Part shown: positions 26,732 through 40,157 of the stretch, piece after piece
Layout of the letters: each line of letters begins with the position of its first letter
Numbering within the stretch: the stretch's first letter is position 1
NCBI GenBank assembly: GCA_026914245.1
Contig: CP110439.1
Span: 7,130,001 to 7,194,000 of the forward strand
Direction of reading: 5' to 3'
Length of the DNA stretch: 64,000 nt
Source: Puccinia triticina
Taxonomy: Eukaryota
Notes under the pieces: generated by a model
What the model saw: the letters and a program-made list of their open reading frames with translations, nothing else
Told to the model about the DNA's origin: nothing
The model's database searches: none
Translations under genes and position numbers: made by a program

Positions 26732-28332
26732 TAAAAACTTGAATGTGAGTGCAACATCCAATGAACAGATGTTGTACTTCCAACAAATGGGTGTACAACC
26801 TCCGTTTGATGGGGGTACAACTTTCATCTGATGGGGGTACAACCTCCATTTGATGGAGGTCCAAATGCAGGTCATACCTCTTTTTGAATCAAAATGGAGT
26901 TTGAACTTCATCAGCAAGGCCAAATCAAGGCCGAGTGAATTTGGACAATTGTCCAAAGTCGCTTTTAGCACAGAGGTGCACCTAGGCTAGAACTGGTACC
27001 CAGCCGTTTTAGGGTTGCCCTGTGACCCAAACCCAGTGCAAACGTATCTAAGCCCTCGTCCCCAAGGCGGCCGGGGGGCACCCATTGGGAGAGATGCATA
27101 GCATTGAGATCTCTCCCGCAGGGAGAGGAATTATGAATTATCAGGCATTTTGGCCTGAGAGAATCTGGATGTTTTGGTGGTGGTCAATGTAATCACCACC
27201 TCCAGACCACAGTTTTTGACAAGTTCATGCTTTGTCTCAATGAATGGAAGCTTGTATTTTTCTGAATCCAACTGTCTCTTCAGAATTTTGGCATTCCATC
27301 ACCCTTGTCCCCAAAAAATATTCAAAGTTTGAGATACTTGGCGGCTTACTGGCAAGGGAGGTGTGTTTTTAATTAAAATATAATTTAGATGGGAGATAAA
27401 ACTGTAAAAGTTGGACAAGTCTTCAAGAAATCACTAATTTCCAAAAAAGATAGAAAATAAATGAAAACACTTGGGGGGTGGCTACCTATGTAGGATTGTA
27501 GCCAAGATGCTGGCGCTCAGCTGGGATAGAACATGGATGGGAGAAAATGGAAACCTGATTTTATAATCAAAGAGAAAGAATTCCCATGCTTCATTTTGAG
27601 ATTCTCTCATGCAAGAATCTCAGTGTTAGTCGTAAGCCCCACTTGCACCTACGGCTTGGCGGTGCCGCGGGCTTTGTTATGCTCAAACCCAGCGGGAATG
27701 GATTGCAGGGGATCGAGGAAGGAACCAACAAGCTCCCCCCTGTCCATGGAGGCGGCTAAGCGAGTGGTGCCTGGGTGATTGGGCAAGAAGCTCTGTGTCA
27801 TGCGCAGGCTTTGTTACACCTCACAGCCGGGGTCCATATATGACCCCCTCTCCAACAGAGGAGAAGTTGCAAACTCTCCGTTGCAGACTTCTCCCCCCCA
27901 TCTGATCACCAATGCCACTTGCTTCAGATTTGCAAACATTTTCAGATTTCAGAAATATATACTCTTCATATTCAGACTCTTAGTTTAGTCTCATCGGGCA
28001 TTTTTTTTTTTTAAATTCATAAGTCCTGCCATCAAGAAAATTACAAAAATCATCATAGTTCTCCATAGGTTTCTGAACAATATCCTCTCTCCTCGCGTGT
28101 ACAAGGGCCTTGATCCCCAGAATCTGTGATAGTTTATCAAAGCTATAGTCACCAGACGGTCAGTCACAAGGCACGAGATCTCTAAACAAGACACATCATT
28201 CTAATATTTTTATGTTATAGTCATCAGGAGTTCCGCCCCAAGACAACATCACTCATACCATCAAAAGGCTTTATAGCCCCAAGGTGTCATTATTTGGGAA
28301 GTTGTTTGATAAGTCACCAGATTTTCAGTCAC

Positions 28333-29819
28333 AAGGGGCCGGCTTTATGCACTCCAAATATTTACTACATGCACTCCAAAAAAGGAGTGAACTTGTGTCT
28401 ACTCCAATAAATGTTGGAGTGAACAAAGCTTCACTCCAAAAGTGGGTTAAATTGTAGTGTTCAGAAGTTCACTCCAATATATACTTGGAGTGAACCTTTG
28501 TTCACTCCAATATATACTTGGAGTGAACCTTTGTTCACTCCAATATATACTTGGAGTGAACCTTTGTTCACTCCAAAAGTGGGCTCAATTGGAGTGTTCA
28601 GAAGTTCCCTCCAATATTTATTGGAGTGAAAACTCATGCACTCCAAAAAAAAATGGACTATAAAATTAGGCACTCAAACTGTGGAGTGGAGTTCAACCCA
28701 CTCCATTTTTTTTGGAGTGTGGACCACTGGGCACTCCAAAAAAGTGTGGCCAGTGATTCCCAGCAACATTGTAACTGCTGTGCTGCACTAAAAAAGTCAT
28801 TTAGAGCAGCGCAGAGGTCACATTGCTACGTCCCAGAGGCATGCAGTGGAAGATGTTGCAAAAACACTGCAATAACCACTATGTGCAGCAATTGACCGCT
28901 ACCCACGCAGGGCAATTAGCAATAGTGCAGCGGGAGTGGAAAACCGCTGCGCTATTGCAAAATCAGCGGATAGCAGAATTTTCATGTGTGTTAACCCTTT
29001 TTTAACATAATTTAAACCACTTTTGTTCTTGTTTTTCAAACCGCTGCGCTACCTCTTAAATGAAGCAGTTCAGCGCTACTTGCCCACTTTTTTAGTGCGC
29101 TACAAATCATCATTTTTTTCAAGGAAAACAAAAAGCGGTTAGTCCAGTGGTTACAACGTTGTTCCCATTGAAAAAGAGCAGATAAATAGGCTCAGACTCA
29201 CTGGAATCTTTGGGACCTAGTCTTAAGGGGAGGAATGTGAGTGTGGTGGAAGTTTGTCTGTAGGGGGGAGGCAGAGTCTCCAAGGGTCACAGCATGACTT
29301 GTTTGATCTGGAGGAGTAGCTTGGAGTGCATGCATGTAATTAAGGCCCCGTTTGGAGCCGATATAATCTGGGCAATATATGAGTTTTTTTGCCTGACATC
29401 CTATGTGACATCTGATCAGGTCCGCCAAAACTTGATCAGATGTCACAAAATTCCAGATTATATCACGCAATTATATCGGCTCCAAACGGAGCCTAAAATA
29501 GGTGTGCACTCCAGTATTTATTGGAGTGTACAGTAGTACACTCCAATCTTGAAACAGACCAAGTTTCAAGATTGGAGTGCACAAGTTTCCACTCCAATAA
29601 ATATTGAAGTGAACTTCTTAAAACTCCAATTTAGCCCACTTGTGGAGTGAACAAACGTTCACTCCCAATATATATTGGAGTGAACTTCTGAACACTCCAA
29701 TTTAGCCCACTTTTGGAGTGAAACTTTGTTCACTCCAATATTTATTGGAGTAGACACAAGTTCACTCCCTTTTTGGAGTGCATCTAGTAAATATTTGGAG
29801 TGCATAAAGCTGGCCCCTT
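28333..29819. mobile_element. Fold-back element with long TIRs built of CACTCCAA/TTGGAGTG repeats, with nested insertions
   Basis: AAGGGGCCGGCTTTATGCACTCCAAATATTTACTA... mirrored at 29785-29819. 33-bp tandem repeats at 28468-28577. TSD unclear. Confidence 0.8.
29344..29493. mobile_element. PIF/Harbinger-type MITE, TAA TSD
   Basis: TAA|GGCCCCGTTTGGAGCCGATATAAT ... TTATATCGGCTCCAAACGGAGCC|TAA. Confidence 0.85.
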
Positions 29820-30310
29820 ATAAAAAAGTGCCCACCAAAAGTTGAAATTCTCTCAGGCCGCGGGGTAGACATAGCGCGTAAGTCCCTCCTTCGGAGGTCG
29901 CTTCGCTCCCCCGAGGAGGGAAATTAGCTAAGTTAGGGAAAATCCCTGGATGGAAAATCCATGACCCGACTCAGACTGCCATTCTTTTTTGAAACTGCTG
30001 TAAGTTCGGTGCATACGTCCGCTGGAATGTTGCACAGGCCAGTGGGATACAGAAGACCAGGGGGGGTACAAATTGTGTCACCCCCATTTTGATCTTTCAA
30101 ATCTGATTTTGTATTCGAAACTAAATGTTTCATCCTAGACTTCGGGTTGGGGATGGCCGTTCCCACTGCCCTCAGAAGCGGAAATAGCCTGTCCGGCGCG
30201 AGCATAAGTAGCGTTTCTCTTACCACCTCCTCATATTTATCCTACGGTACTACCTGAAATTGATCACTCCATTCGCGGGAATTATTTGCTACGTTCTACG
30301 ACTATCCAAT

Positions 30311-31660
30311 ATGACACGTCTATGCCTTCTGTTCCTAGCTTTATTGTCATATCGAGATGTCATTGCACCAAACACGGAAATCTTCAAGGCTCCAATTAAC
30401 CCAGGTTTGCACTCGCAATCTTAAACTATCCAAGTACCTCATGGCTCATTGATTAACATGTTGACTATCGTGACTCCAGGCAGAGAAACTTTATCCGAAG
30501 GTCGTAATTCCAAGGTAAGTCGCCATGGTATGCCCAAAAGAAGTCTCGTGTAAAATGATTGTTGATGTTGTTGCATGAGTGAAGTTCGCCGTTGGTCGGG
30601 GCCCATCATCTGATGTCAAGACATCTGTTTTGAATTCCAATTGGTCAGAGGGAGGTCCTAGGAAAAATATCGTGCCACTCGAACTAGATGATTTCGCAAG
30701 TAAAGGGTTACAGCATCCCGAATTTCCAGGTGCCCATTTGGACGAGTATATGCAAACTACCGCTCCTAAGGTAATAACTATCAGCCGCCCCAATAAGATT
30801 GCTTGTCCCCACAACTCGGTGCCTGCCTACAGTTATCATCATGGCCAACGCGGGGTCACCACCGTTTGGATGTATGAAGGGTTCGTTCCTATCGACTCCG
30901 AGGCCTATCTGGATTACACAAAACGCTTAAGGCAGCACCAGGCCTTGCATGATTATCAACCAGGTAGGAGCTGTTCCGTAAATTTTCTTGCCCGGCAAGC
31001 ATCGAAAGAAAATTGAATCCACCCGCTTTCATCAAAATATATCCAATCAATGCACAGCGAAAAAAGATGGAATAACACTCCCGTCAAAGGAAGAATTCAA
31101 TAACTATGTCAGTAAGATTTCTCTTCAAATCTGACCATTCAGTCAACCTGATCCCATCTAATATGTATCCTTTCTTACAGGTCCATAAAGTAGCACAAGG
31201 GTTGGTCAACCCGGAAGCAGAGCAGGTCAACATGGTACATAAAGAAGCACAAGGTCTGGTCAAGCCGCAGGCAGAGCAGGTCAACATTGCTGAGCAAAAA
31301 ACACCACTCGCGGGAAATAAAGCCTCCGAACATCATGTCAGTATAGTTTTTGTTCAAATTTGACAAGTCAAGCAATCTTAGGTTCTCATCAATCCTGTTT
31401 TTCTACAGATCTCTGCTACACAATCTTCGTCCAAGCCAAACTTTGAGCAGCAGAATAGGCAGTCGACGGCTGGTCCATCACAAAGGAGAAACAATAGTCC
31501 GGGTAAAGCCACAAGAGACAGAATGAAAGCGAGGGGGCAGTTTCGTTACACAGCGCCGCACAATATCCAATACCATGGCTATAATACCCAATATCATGGC
31601 TATAATACCCAATACCATGGCTATAATACCCAATACCATGGCTATGTGCCCAGAAATTAA
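30311..31660 (+). CDS. Secreted protein (candidate effector) with C-terminal QYHGYNT repeats; 6 exons, ~321 aa
   Basis: Exons 30311-30404, 30480-30514, 30585-30963, 31058-31107, 31181-31336, 31409-31660, all frame-consistent. Leader MTRLCLLFLALLSYRDVIA. Confidence 0.75.
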
Positions 31661-32596
31661 TTCCTTTGCAAGATTTAATTGGACCAGATATTACACCCGT
31701 TTATGAATATCAAGGTTAATTAGTTTACAACCTCGCAGCATCATTACCACAAGGCAAATATGACAAAATGTAAAGAAGTCTCTTTTCTCTTTGGAAACAA
31801 TTTTAACTAATATTTAGGCTTGAAGAATTGAAAGCAACAATTTTTCCTCAATGTTTTTCCTTGCATCAAATTTCATCTTGTGGTCTAAGGATAACAAAAT
31901 AATACCAGTATCAATCAAAAATAGCTTCTCAGAAATCAAGTGCACCTTTCCTTAGCTTGGTTCTCTCCCTTGAGATCAGCTGGTATACCTTGTAGGCAGT
32001 GTGAAGCGACGTTCAGGTTACCAATTGCAAAGGAAAAATCTTGGGAATCTTCTTTCCTCAGAGGCTACACTACTGATCATCCAATACAGTTTGAAACCAT
32101 GTTGTCCAATTTTGGTTTTGGTTTCTGTTCTTATCTTCATAACTCAACCCAAATGGAATCCAGCATATAATTATCACATTTTTCCCTTTTTCTAAAGTAG
32201 AAAAATATTGAAATATTGTGACTTTGAGCCGTGAATTTATTACAATACCAGTATTTGGAGGTTTCCTCCTTGCTTTAGAAATCTGGCAAACATGTAACCT
32301 GCTCAATGGAAGGTGCTATTCCCAAAAATCATATGATTTGAATTTTGCATGAAGAATTCAAACCTTGGTCGTTAAACTGCACATTTTGGAGAGTTTCCCT
32401 TAGTATGTATCTGCGAGCTCTTTATTTCATGAGTTTTGATAGGATTTGAGGAAAAATAAACATGGATAAACTCTATTTTCTCTCAAAAAAAAAGCACAAA
32501 CTTCACAAGCCATTGAAAATGGGAGTTTGGAGATTGACAACACCCCTCAAAGTTCCCACTGAAAATGATTATCTGAGACCCATTCCCTATCAGTAG

Positions 32597-32743
32597 GGCC
32601 CCGTTTGACTGCCATGTTATACATCATAAATGGTTGAATTTATGACGCGCAACCCCCATTGCCACCAAAACTTTGAGACCCCGGGGGTTGCGCGTCATAA
32701 ATTTGACCATTTATGACGTGTAACGCGGCAGCCAAACGGGGTC
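32597..32743. mobile_element. Harbinger-like MITE, 3-bp TSD TAG
   Basis: TAG|GGCCCCGTTTGACTGCC...GGCAGCCAAACGGGGTC|TAG; near-complete fold-back. Confidence 0.8.
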
Positions 32744-34080
32744 TAGGGGTTTGATTATCACAGGTGAAGAGATTTATGCTCAAGAGACTGAGAAGCAACT
32801 CTGTTGAGTAAAATCAGAGCGCCTAGACCTACACAGAGAGGATGTGAAAGAAGTCTCTCTACAGAGTGAGGTCAAGTATTTCTAAGATACATGTACAAAA
32901 TTACTGATGATGATTTAAACTCAGAATGATGGGAGGGGGTGGGGGCTAATGTTATCTAACTAAATCCTATGGATGAATTTTAGAAGAGGAGAAACATATG
33001 TATTGAAAGTTCATGATAGAACACAGGAAAGAGATGCCAAAATTTCAACAAGATTAAGCCACAATTCAGATTAAAAAGGTTAAGCAGTTTGATATCTGGG
33101 CCTTCAACCACTCTGGAATTGTACAGGAAAACTGGCTGGCCTCTGTTTGGAAGTTTCTATGCAGCTATTCTTTTGAAAAAGTATGGTTTCTCACAGTCAA
33201 GAGGCTTTATGTGTTACCTTTATTTCTGAGTAGGAGTTTTTTTTCCTGGTGCGCCATCTATTTAGTTTTTCTTAGCTTGCCTTTTTGTCAGCAGGAAGTA
33301 CTTTTATGCAACTTAATTTTGGATTTTGAACTGGAAAGCTTGATTTTAATCTTCCCCAAGCTATGGCTCTTTCATGTAGGGCACTTGGTTTTTGTTTGAT
33401 TCCGAACAAAAGGGGAGCCTCCCTTAGCTGGTTTGATGAAACTCTAGCTGAGAACTTGTGGTGAATTAATCTGATAAGTCTGAGACCACTTGATCAAGGT
33501 TTTTGTCTCCATTACATACCAGATTTATCCCAGCGTCTTCTATGCAGCCAAGGTCAATATTCACCGGGGACTCGATGCTGGAGGAGGATTGACGATTGGG
33601 TTTGTCGGTTGTATGTATTTGGGAAGGGATTACATAATTCCAGCAGACCCCGGGCCCGAGGAGTGAATGGTGAATGCGTGCTCCGGGGTGCAGAAGTGAA
33701 GACCCACTCCGAACGCTTCGAAGCGGACGAAGCGCCTGTCCTCGTCCACACAACACACAAGTGACTGTGCCGGCTCAAGAACACCCAAGTCCCAGCCGAC
33801 GAGCCTTCGATCCCCAACGGACACTCGCAGCCCGGCCATCTCGATAGCATACACACACGCACGCAACTTCACCACATCTCAACAAGAAGCCTTGGCCTGG
33901 CCTGGCATCTATCTATCGACCCTCCCAGCCCCCCTTAGTATTTGCCCATACCTTCGAAAAACCGTCAAGCTCCTTCCCTCCCCTGCCTTTCCACCCTCTT
34001 CCCTCGCTATCTCATCCATCTAGCCCGAACGAATACCAAGCCCGTTCGACCCGGATCTATCCCCTTGGAAGGCCGGAGAA

Positions 34081-35322
34081 ATGACGAACAATATGATGAT
34101 GTTTAAGGTGGGGTAAGACTGATGATCTCTCAGACAGCCACAGATAGATACGCATATATGCGTCCCTTCTCTATGTGTATACATTAATCATCGGGCTGCT
34201 CGACTTACATTTGGGTAATATGTTGAGAACGGTAAATATGGTGCTTATCTGTTTGTTTGTTTTTTTTTGGCTATTTTTCGTGTTCAGATCGTCTTGTTGG
34301 GAGACGGAGGCGTAGGAAAGACGACGCTGATCATCCAGCTATGTCTGAACAAATTTATGGGTTAGGAATTTTTCTTCTTCATCTTTTTCCAGGCCTAGGA
34401 GAAGAAGGACGAGTTGATTGATTCTACTTTATTATAAACGTGTTCCTTGTTTCCTGTTTTCTTCGTGGTCTGCGACGGTTCTTTTGGATCGGATCTTCTG
34501 GATGATGTACTTTCTAAACAAACCTCTTGGTGATGTACACGTGTTGGGTATTGAAAGACGGATACGATCCGACGATCGAGGACTCGTACAGAAAACATCT
34601 GATCATCGACGACCAACCTTGTATTCTCGAAATACTTGATACAGCCGGGCAGGGTCAGCTGTTCCTCTTTGATCCCACCAACCCGATATATATACGCGCC
34701 GTTTTTTCAACCAAACTACTCTTGACAGCCCCTTGACCTCATTCGCAAATCCTGATCCTTGCTCGTTGTTCTTTTTTCGTTTCAGAGGAATATACTGCTT
34801 TACGGGACCAATGGATACGGTCAGTCTTTGCTTCCCAGACAAGAAGAAAGAAGAGTGGAGGTCTGATCCGAAAAAAGCTACTGACGTGATGACCGCGCCA
34901 AACACAGAGAAGGCGAAGGATTTGTGTTGGTGTATTCGATCACAGCGCGGGCGACGTTCGAACGGATCGAGCGGTTCCGGTCACAGATCTTACGAGTCAA
35001 AGATACCGAGTCGATGCCGATCATCCTTGTCGGCAACAAGGCCGACAAGGTCAACGAGCGCGAGGTCGGCAAGGACGAAGGCCTCGCTTGTGCTCGAAAG
35101 ATGGGCTGCGACTTCGTCGAGACTAGCGCTAAGACTAGGCTGAACGTTGAGGCCGCTTATTTCAATCTCATCAGGTCCGTCCTTTTCTCACTTTTTTCAG
35201 CTCATCATCATAGATCCGTCTATTTATCTATACTTCTTTTTTTCTGTAGGGCTATCATGGCACTGAGAGAAGGCGACCGGAAGCGACCTAAAGAAAGGAA
35301 AAGAAGGTGCCGGATACTCTAA
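34081..35322 (+). CDS. ras2: Ras-family small GTPase, fungal Ras2 type; 6 exons, ~189 aa
   Basis: Exons 34081-34107, 34288-34360, 34558-34653, 34786-34819, 34908-35174, 35250-35322. Motifs [43 protein letters not shown], polybasic tail and CAAX (CRIL). Confidence 0.95.
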
Positions 35323-36790
35323 TCTCTTACTCTCTCTTGACCCCTATTTGTCCCCCCCCCCCCCCCCCCCCCTCTTCCCTCCTCTTCTTTCTCCTTGTTT
35401 TCCTTTACCCCCTTTTCACATACTTTGTAATCAGCAAGAACACAAACAAAATACATGAACAAGGGTCTCTTGTTTTCTCTACCTTTTGCCTGTTCAACTA
35501 TTATTATTATTATTTATTTGGTTATCTTTATCTCCTTATTTATTCATATATACTACATATATCGATACATTTTTTTTCAGAATTGTGGTTGTTTGATTTG
35601 TGCTTTCATCCATTTTTTGTTTTGATTGAATTTTGGTAATAAGAAGAACCCGACAAACTGAAGATATAAGGACGATGACGCGATGGCAAATGAGATATAC
35701 CCGACAGTCCCAGTCAACGACCTGCCAACGAGGGGCGGGACTGTTTTGTGAGAGAAGCTCCCTTTTGCCCAAAAAGCAACGTCCTCCGACAGTCAAGACA
35801 AACATCGGTTTCTGGGACTTTGGGATTTGGATGACGTTTAGGCAACATGATTATGAATTGGGCAAATAGGTCCATTGGCAAACCATCCATCCATACTGCT
35901 CAGAAAGATGAATGGAATGGAAGCTTGAAACCCCCAACATGTTCATATTCCATGCTGCAAAGGCTGCCAGTCCTAATAACTGGTCACTGCACCGCCCTCG
36001 CTTGCGGTATCCCGCCATAAACTTGCATATGGCTCCTGTTTGGATCAAGTAAGACCGGGGAGTGTCATTCTTTTTTTTGTCAAGTCAAACGAAACTGCTT
36101 CTCGAATGCGTCATAAGACAATGGACGCTTCTATGCATATCCACAAGTTTGGATGTGGGCAAAATATCCTCAATGTTCGTACGCCAACCTTTGTAAATGA
36201 CATGATCTAGGGGACGGCTTCAAAATCATAAATGTATTCAGGGGACCCTGAACATTGGGCCCGTCGTCTGGCGAACATGCGTCATGAGGCCCGGCATTCT
36301 TCGAACGGTTCCACTCGAACATCCAACCCCTCAGTACTGTTCATGAGACAGCGGTCTCATTCTGAGGGACGCTTGAGGATGGGTATGTCGCGCTAACGAG
36401 AGACCCAGCCGTGGAAGAATCTTCCGCATTGGGCAAGGATTCTTGCAACAGTAGCCGGCCCTCAAACGTCCCACGCGGGCTTGATTGGACCTGCCGGCGC
36501 GGAAGCGTTCAATTAGTCCTTACAAACCCGTCGCGTTCGAAAGAGGCCAAATCCGGATCCCCAACAGCGTTGATTACACGTATTAGTAAGCTTACGAAAC
36601 CTGTACAGAGCCCCTCAAATTTCTCGTGCTTTTTAGAGCGCTTTCCCCAAGGGTTTGAGGACACTTCAGCAGTTCCTGAGGGTATCCCCGGTGACCATAA
36701 ATAGACCTCAAGGATGCCGGCTAGCACGCGGCCACAGCCCGACCCTCTCCAACCGACTCTCGATAAATCCCTCCGCTAGACAGGCTTGCA

Positions 36791-37937
36791 ATGTTCCTCA
36801 ATCTGGTTGTTATCCTGGTAAAATCATTCCGCGTTTTTCGTGCTTAGAGAATTCCGTTTCGTCCTAGTGAATGTCACCAATCTAACACACAGTTCTTTGC
36901 GGTTGCAAGCTTTTTCAAGTAGCGTATCGATCGACTGCTAGAAGTTTCGTGGGCCTTGTGGACGGAGTAGACCATGGATTAAACCAGGCGTCCGATTCGA
37001 ACGCGATATCTGCGTCTACTGCAGCGGTTTCTTCAAGTCTTGCGGGGCCGATCTCCGAGCCCAGTGTTTTCCATCGTCACCCCAAGCGTTCAGTAAGTCA
37101 CAATCGCCTTTATTTTCACGGAAAAGCGCTGACAACCTGCACCTGTTGGATAATTGAACGTATTAGATGTCCAGGCTCGAGGCAGTGGCAAGGGCAGAGG
37201 AGGGAAAATGTCCAATCTGCCAATCTTTCCTCCGACGGAAAGAAAAAGTCGTTGAACCGACTGTCGCTTCACCAAAAAAAACAAAAAAACTCTCCTTCAG
37301 GGGATCAAAGTCATCTAAATCACTTCCCCCACCACCGCCTCCTGATGATCACAAGCAACGAGAATTGACCCGTGTGCCATGCTGCAATGGCGAGATGCAC
37401 ACCGAGTGTTATGAAGCGTGCATGACCAACCGACTTCCCCAGTGTCCATTATGCCGTGGGGCATGGGAGCTGCCAGTACTACCTTCCCCGTCGGGTTCAA
37501 CTTCATCCAACCACCCCGCTACGACTGCTGAGCAATCACCACACTGGGTTACTAATGCATACCCCATGCCATCATCCGGTTACCCACCGTTTCAGATATC
37601 ACACGGGCAGCCAACTCCTCCATCATCCCAAGGAACGTGGTGGGGCGAGCAGTATTTTCTCCCCACCCCAGATCCGTATCAGGCGCCACCACAGCCAGAA
37701 TACCCGAGCACATCTACCTCACCTGGTCACGCTTTCGATTATCAGACGTATAATCGTGATTATCCTTCGCAGCAATCTAGTTATCATCAGCAAGATTTCG
37801 GTCATTCTCAGTATAATCAAGGTTACTTTACGCCCAGTCAAGGTTCTACTTCACCGCCACCACCCCTTTCAGCGCGTGAACAACGTAGTGGGACCGCCTT
37901 CGGCGACATGGTTAACTACTTAACGGGTCAATATTGA
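36791..37937 (+). CDS. Putative secreted RING-finger protein (signal peptide, pro-region ending KR, RING-like domain, P/Q/Y-rich tail); 3 exons, ~326 aa
   Basis: Exons 36791-36817, 36910-37092, 37167-37937. Reads MFLNLVVILLFQVAYRSTA...HRHPKRS|MSRLE..CPIC...PCCNGEMHTEC...CPLC. Confidence 0.75.
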
Positions 37938-39110
37938 CGATCAATTGTTTATTAATCACATGTGATACTATTTGCGAGCCAATTTATTTACTCAAAGAAA
38001 AATTATTGATCAAATAACAAAATTGCCGAAACTGAGGGCCGAAATGGTTGGAGTGAGAGCTTCAACACTGTGACATTTTTCGCTGCCGAAACTTAGGGAT
38101 ATGTGTCAGCAAAAATCAGGAGAGAATGACAGCAAAAGAGAGAGCTCAGTGAGTCAGACTCTGATGCTGGCTGGTCCAGCAGCCCTAAGATGCCGTGATG
38201 TAGAAATTGCCAACGGAGAAAGACAGCAAGCAATAGACAGTGCACACATGTCAATTTCGGGCTGTTCTTAAAAAAACTTTCTCATATTTTACTTACATCG
38301 ACTGTGTGTGTCACTATCGCGAGAGGGTTGCTTAAGAGAAGAGGGTGCCTGTGGAATATTTACATTAAGGAAGGAAGCATTGTATAGACAACCTATCCAA
38401 CTGTGATCCAACTGTGCTCACAAATTGCTCTTCCTTGGCGTCTCCCGAACCGGCTGAACACCCCCGTCGATGCCCTCTTCTCTTTCTTCAAGTCCCTCTT
38501 TAATTGGAGAGGGACGCTGTCCCGCAGGGAGCCTCCGAAGGAGGCGCCCGTGGAGGGAGGGAATTATTTAGGTTAGAGGTGGTACCTACAAAACACACGG
38601 CGCTGGATATGGAAGTTGTGCATCAGGCTAAGACAAAAAGGGGCGCACATACTGCTCACATTTCATGGAAGCTCATTAGCATCCTAGCAGCAACGGTGTA
38701 ACCATTACGATACATTGAGCGTATTGGATAAACATTTTTCATTGAAGATGCATACCTACATGTCAGATTTTTTGTTTTTTGGCTGTTATTGTATGAATCC
38801 GATAAACTACGTGCAGACTGCAGTTACATAGCTGGTAATGAAAGGCAATTCTCATTTACATGTTTGAGAGAGAGATAGATAGAGACTTAAAGTAATGAAA
38901 CATAAATGTCCTGATTTAGACGAGCAGCAGGAAGGTGGCATGTGGCTTAAATAGAGGAAAGAAAGGCGCTGATTTGTGTTTAAACGGGTGATCAAAAGTA
39001 TAAAATAGGACATGTGGCATGTGTCGATGCAGCAGACAAGACAAAATGCATTGTCTTAGTTGGTTTGAGGATGAGAATACGGCGCCTTCACCAGTCGAGG
39101 ACGTGGGTGG

Positions 39111-40157
39111 TCAATAGGCCTGGTTGGTAGAGTGGCACGGGGGTTTGGTGCCGTCGCCGCAAGTCACTGGAGCAGTTTGATGGGTGCCAGGGAAGTGTGC
39201 GCTGGGAGATTGGATCTGTCCACATGGGGGTTTGGAGCCGTCGGCACAGGTGAGAGGAACGTAGGGGTGAGGAAGAAGATCGGGGTGGGGAGGCTCTCTT
39301 CCGGGGTCGGTTATCACACACGGGCCCTTGGTGTCGTCGCCGCAGTCGATAGGTGCCGTTTCACGAATAATGGCTGGTGGCGAGACCTGGCCGCAAGGTG
39401 GCTTGGTGCCGTCGCCACAGGTGACAGGAGCAGTTTGATGTGTGTCTGGGAAAACGGGAGCCGGTTTTGCTTGGCCACAAGGCGGCTTGGTGCCGTCGCC
39501 GCAGGTGATTGGAGCCGTTTGATGGGTGCCGGGGAAGTGCGGCGTGTCCGATTGCGGCGGCGATTGTCCACACGGCGGCTTGGTGCCGTCGCCGCAGGTG
39601 ATGGGGGCAGTCTGGTGCGTGCCATGGAACGTCGGCTTGCTGTTTGCTGGTTTGTCAGGCTTGGCTTGGTAAGTGGGCGCGGCTTCGTGCTGGGTTTCTG
39701 AGCTCGTGTCGGCCTGGCCAGTCGAATAACCTGCGGGCTGCTCTGATCGACTGCGAAGAGCCAATGGGCAAATGTGGTTCTTGCATGGAGGCGGGGGTTG
39801 GCCGACTATCCGGTAACGGGCCTGCAGATGCGCCGGCTTTTCTTGATGAGGATTGCCTCCAGCGGGTCTGGGAAAATTATAAACCAACATCAGTCTCAAC
39901 CAAGTCGAGCGAAAATCCACAAGACGAGCTTGTGACTTTTCGGAGACTTACAAGGCCGAAGAGCTCTGTTGAAAACTCAGCAACAGCGTTGCGCCAACTA
40001 TGAACGAAGGTTAATGGGCATCAACATGGAAGCAAAAGCAACACATTTCCACCGAAATCCAAGGTAATAAATCCAAGGAGAATCAGTATCATGGGCTGGG
40101 TCAGATAAGAACGCGACAGTCGAAACATGGCTTACCGATCCAACTGAATGAAAGCAT
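39111..40157 (-). CDS. Secreted repeat protein with six C-x7-C (TCGDGTKPPC) modules; 3 exons, ~274 aa
   Basis: Exons 40157-40136, 39997-39952, 39867-39111. Leader MLSFSWIVGATLLLSFQQSSSA. Repeats FPGTHQTAPITCGDGTKPPCG. Confidence 0.8.

Noticed and set aside
23852..26820. 212-aa (+) and 256-aa (-) ORFs
   Set aside because: They run across MITE boundaries and repeats and have no coding features; judged spurious.
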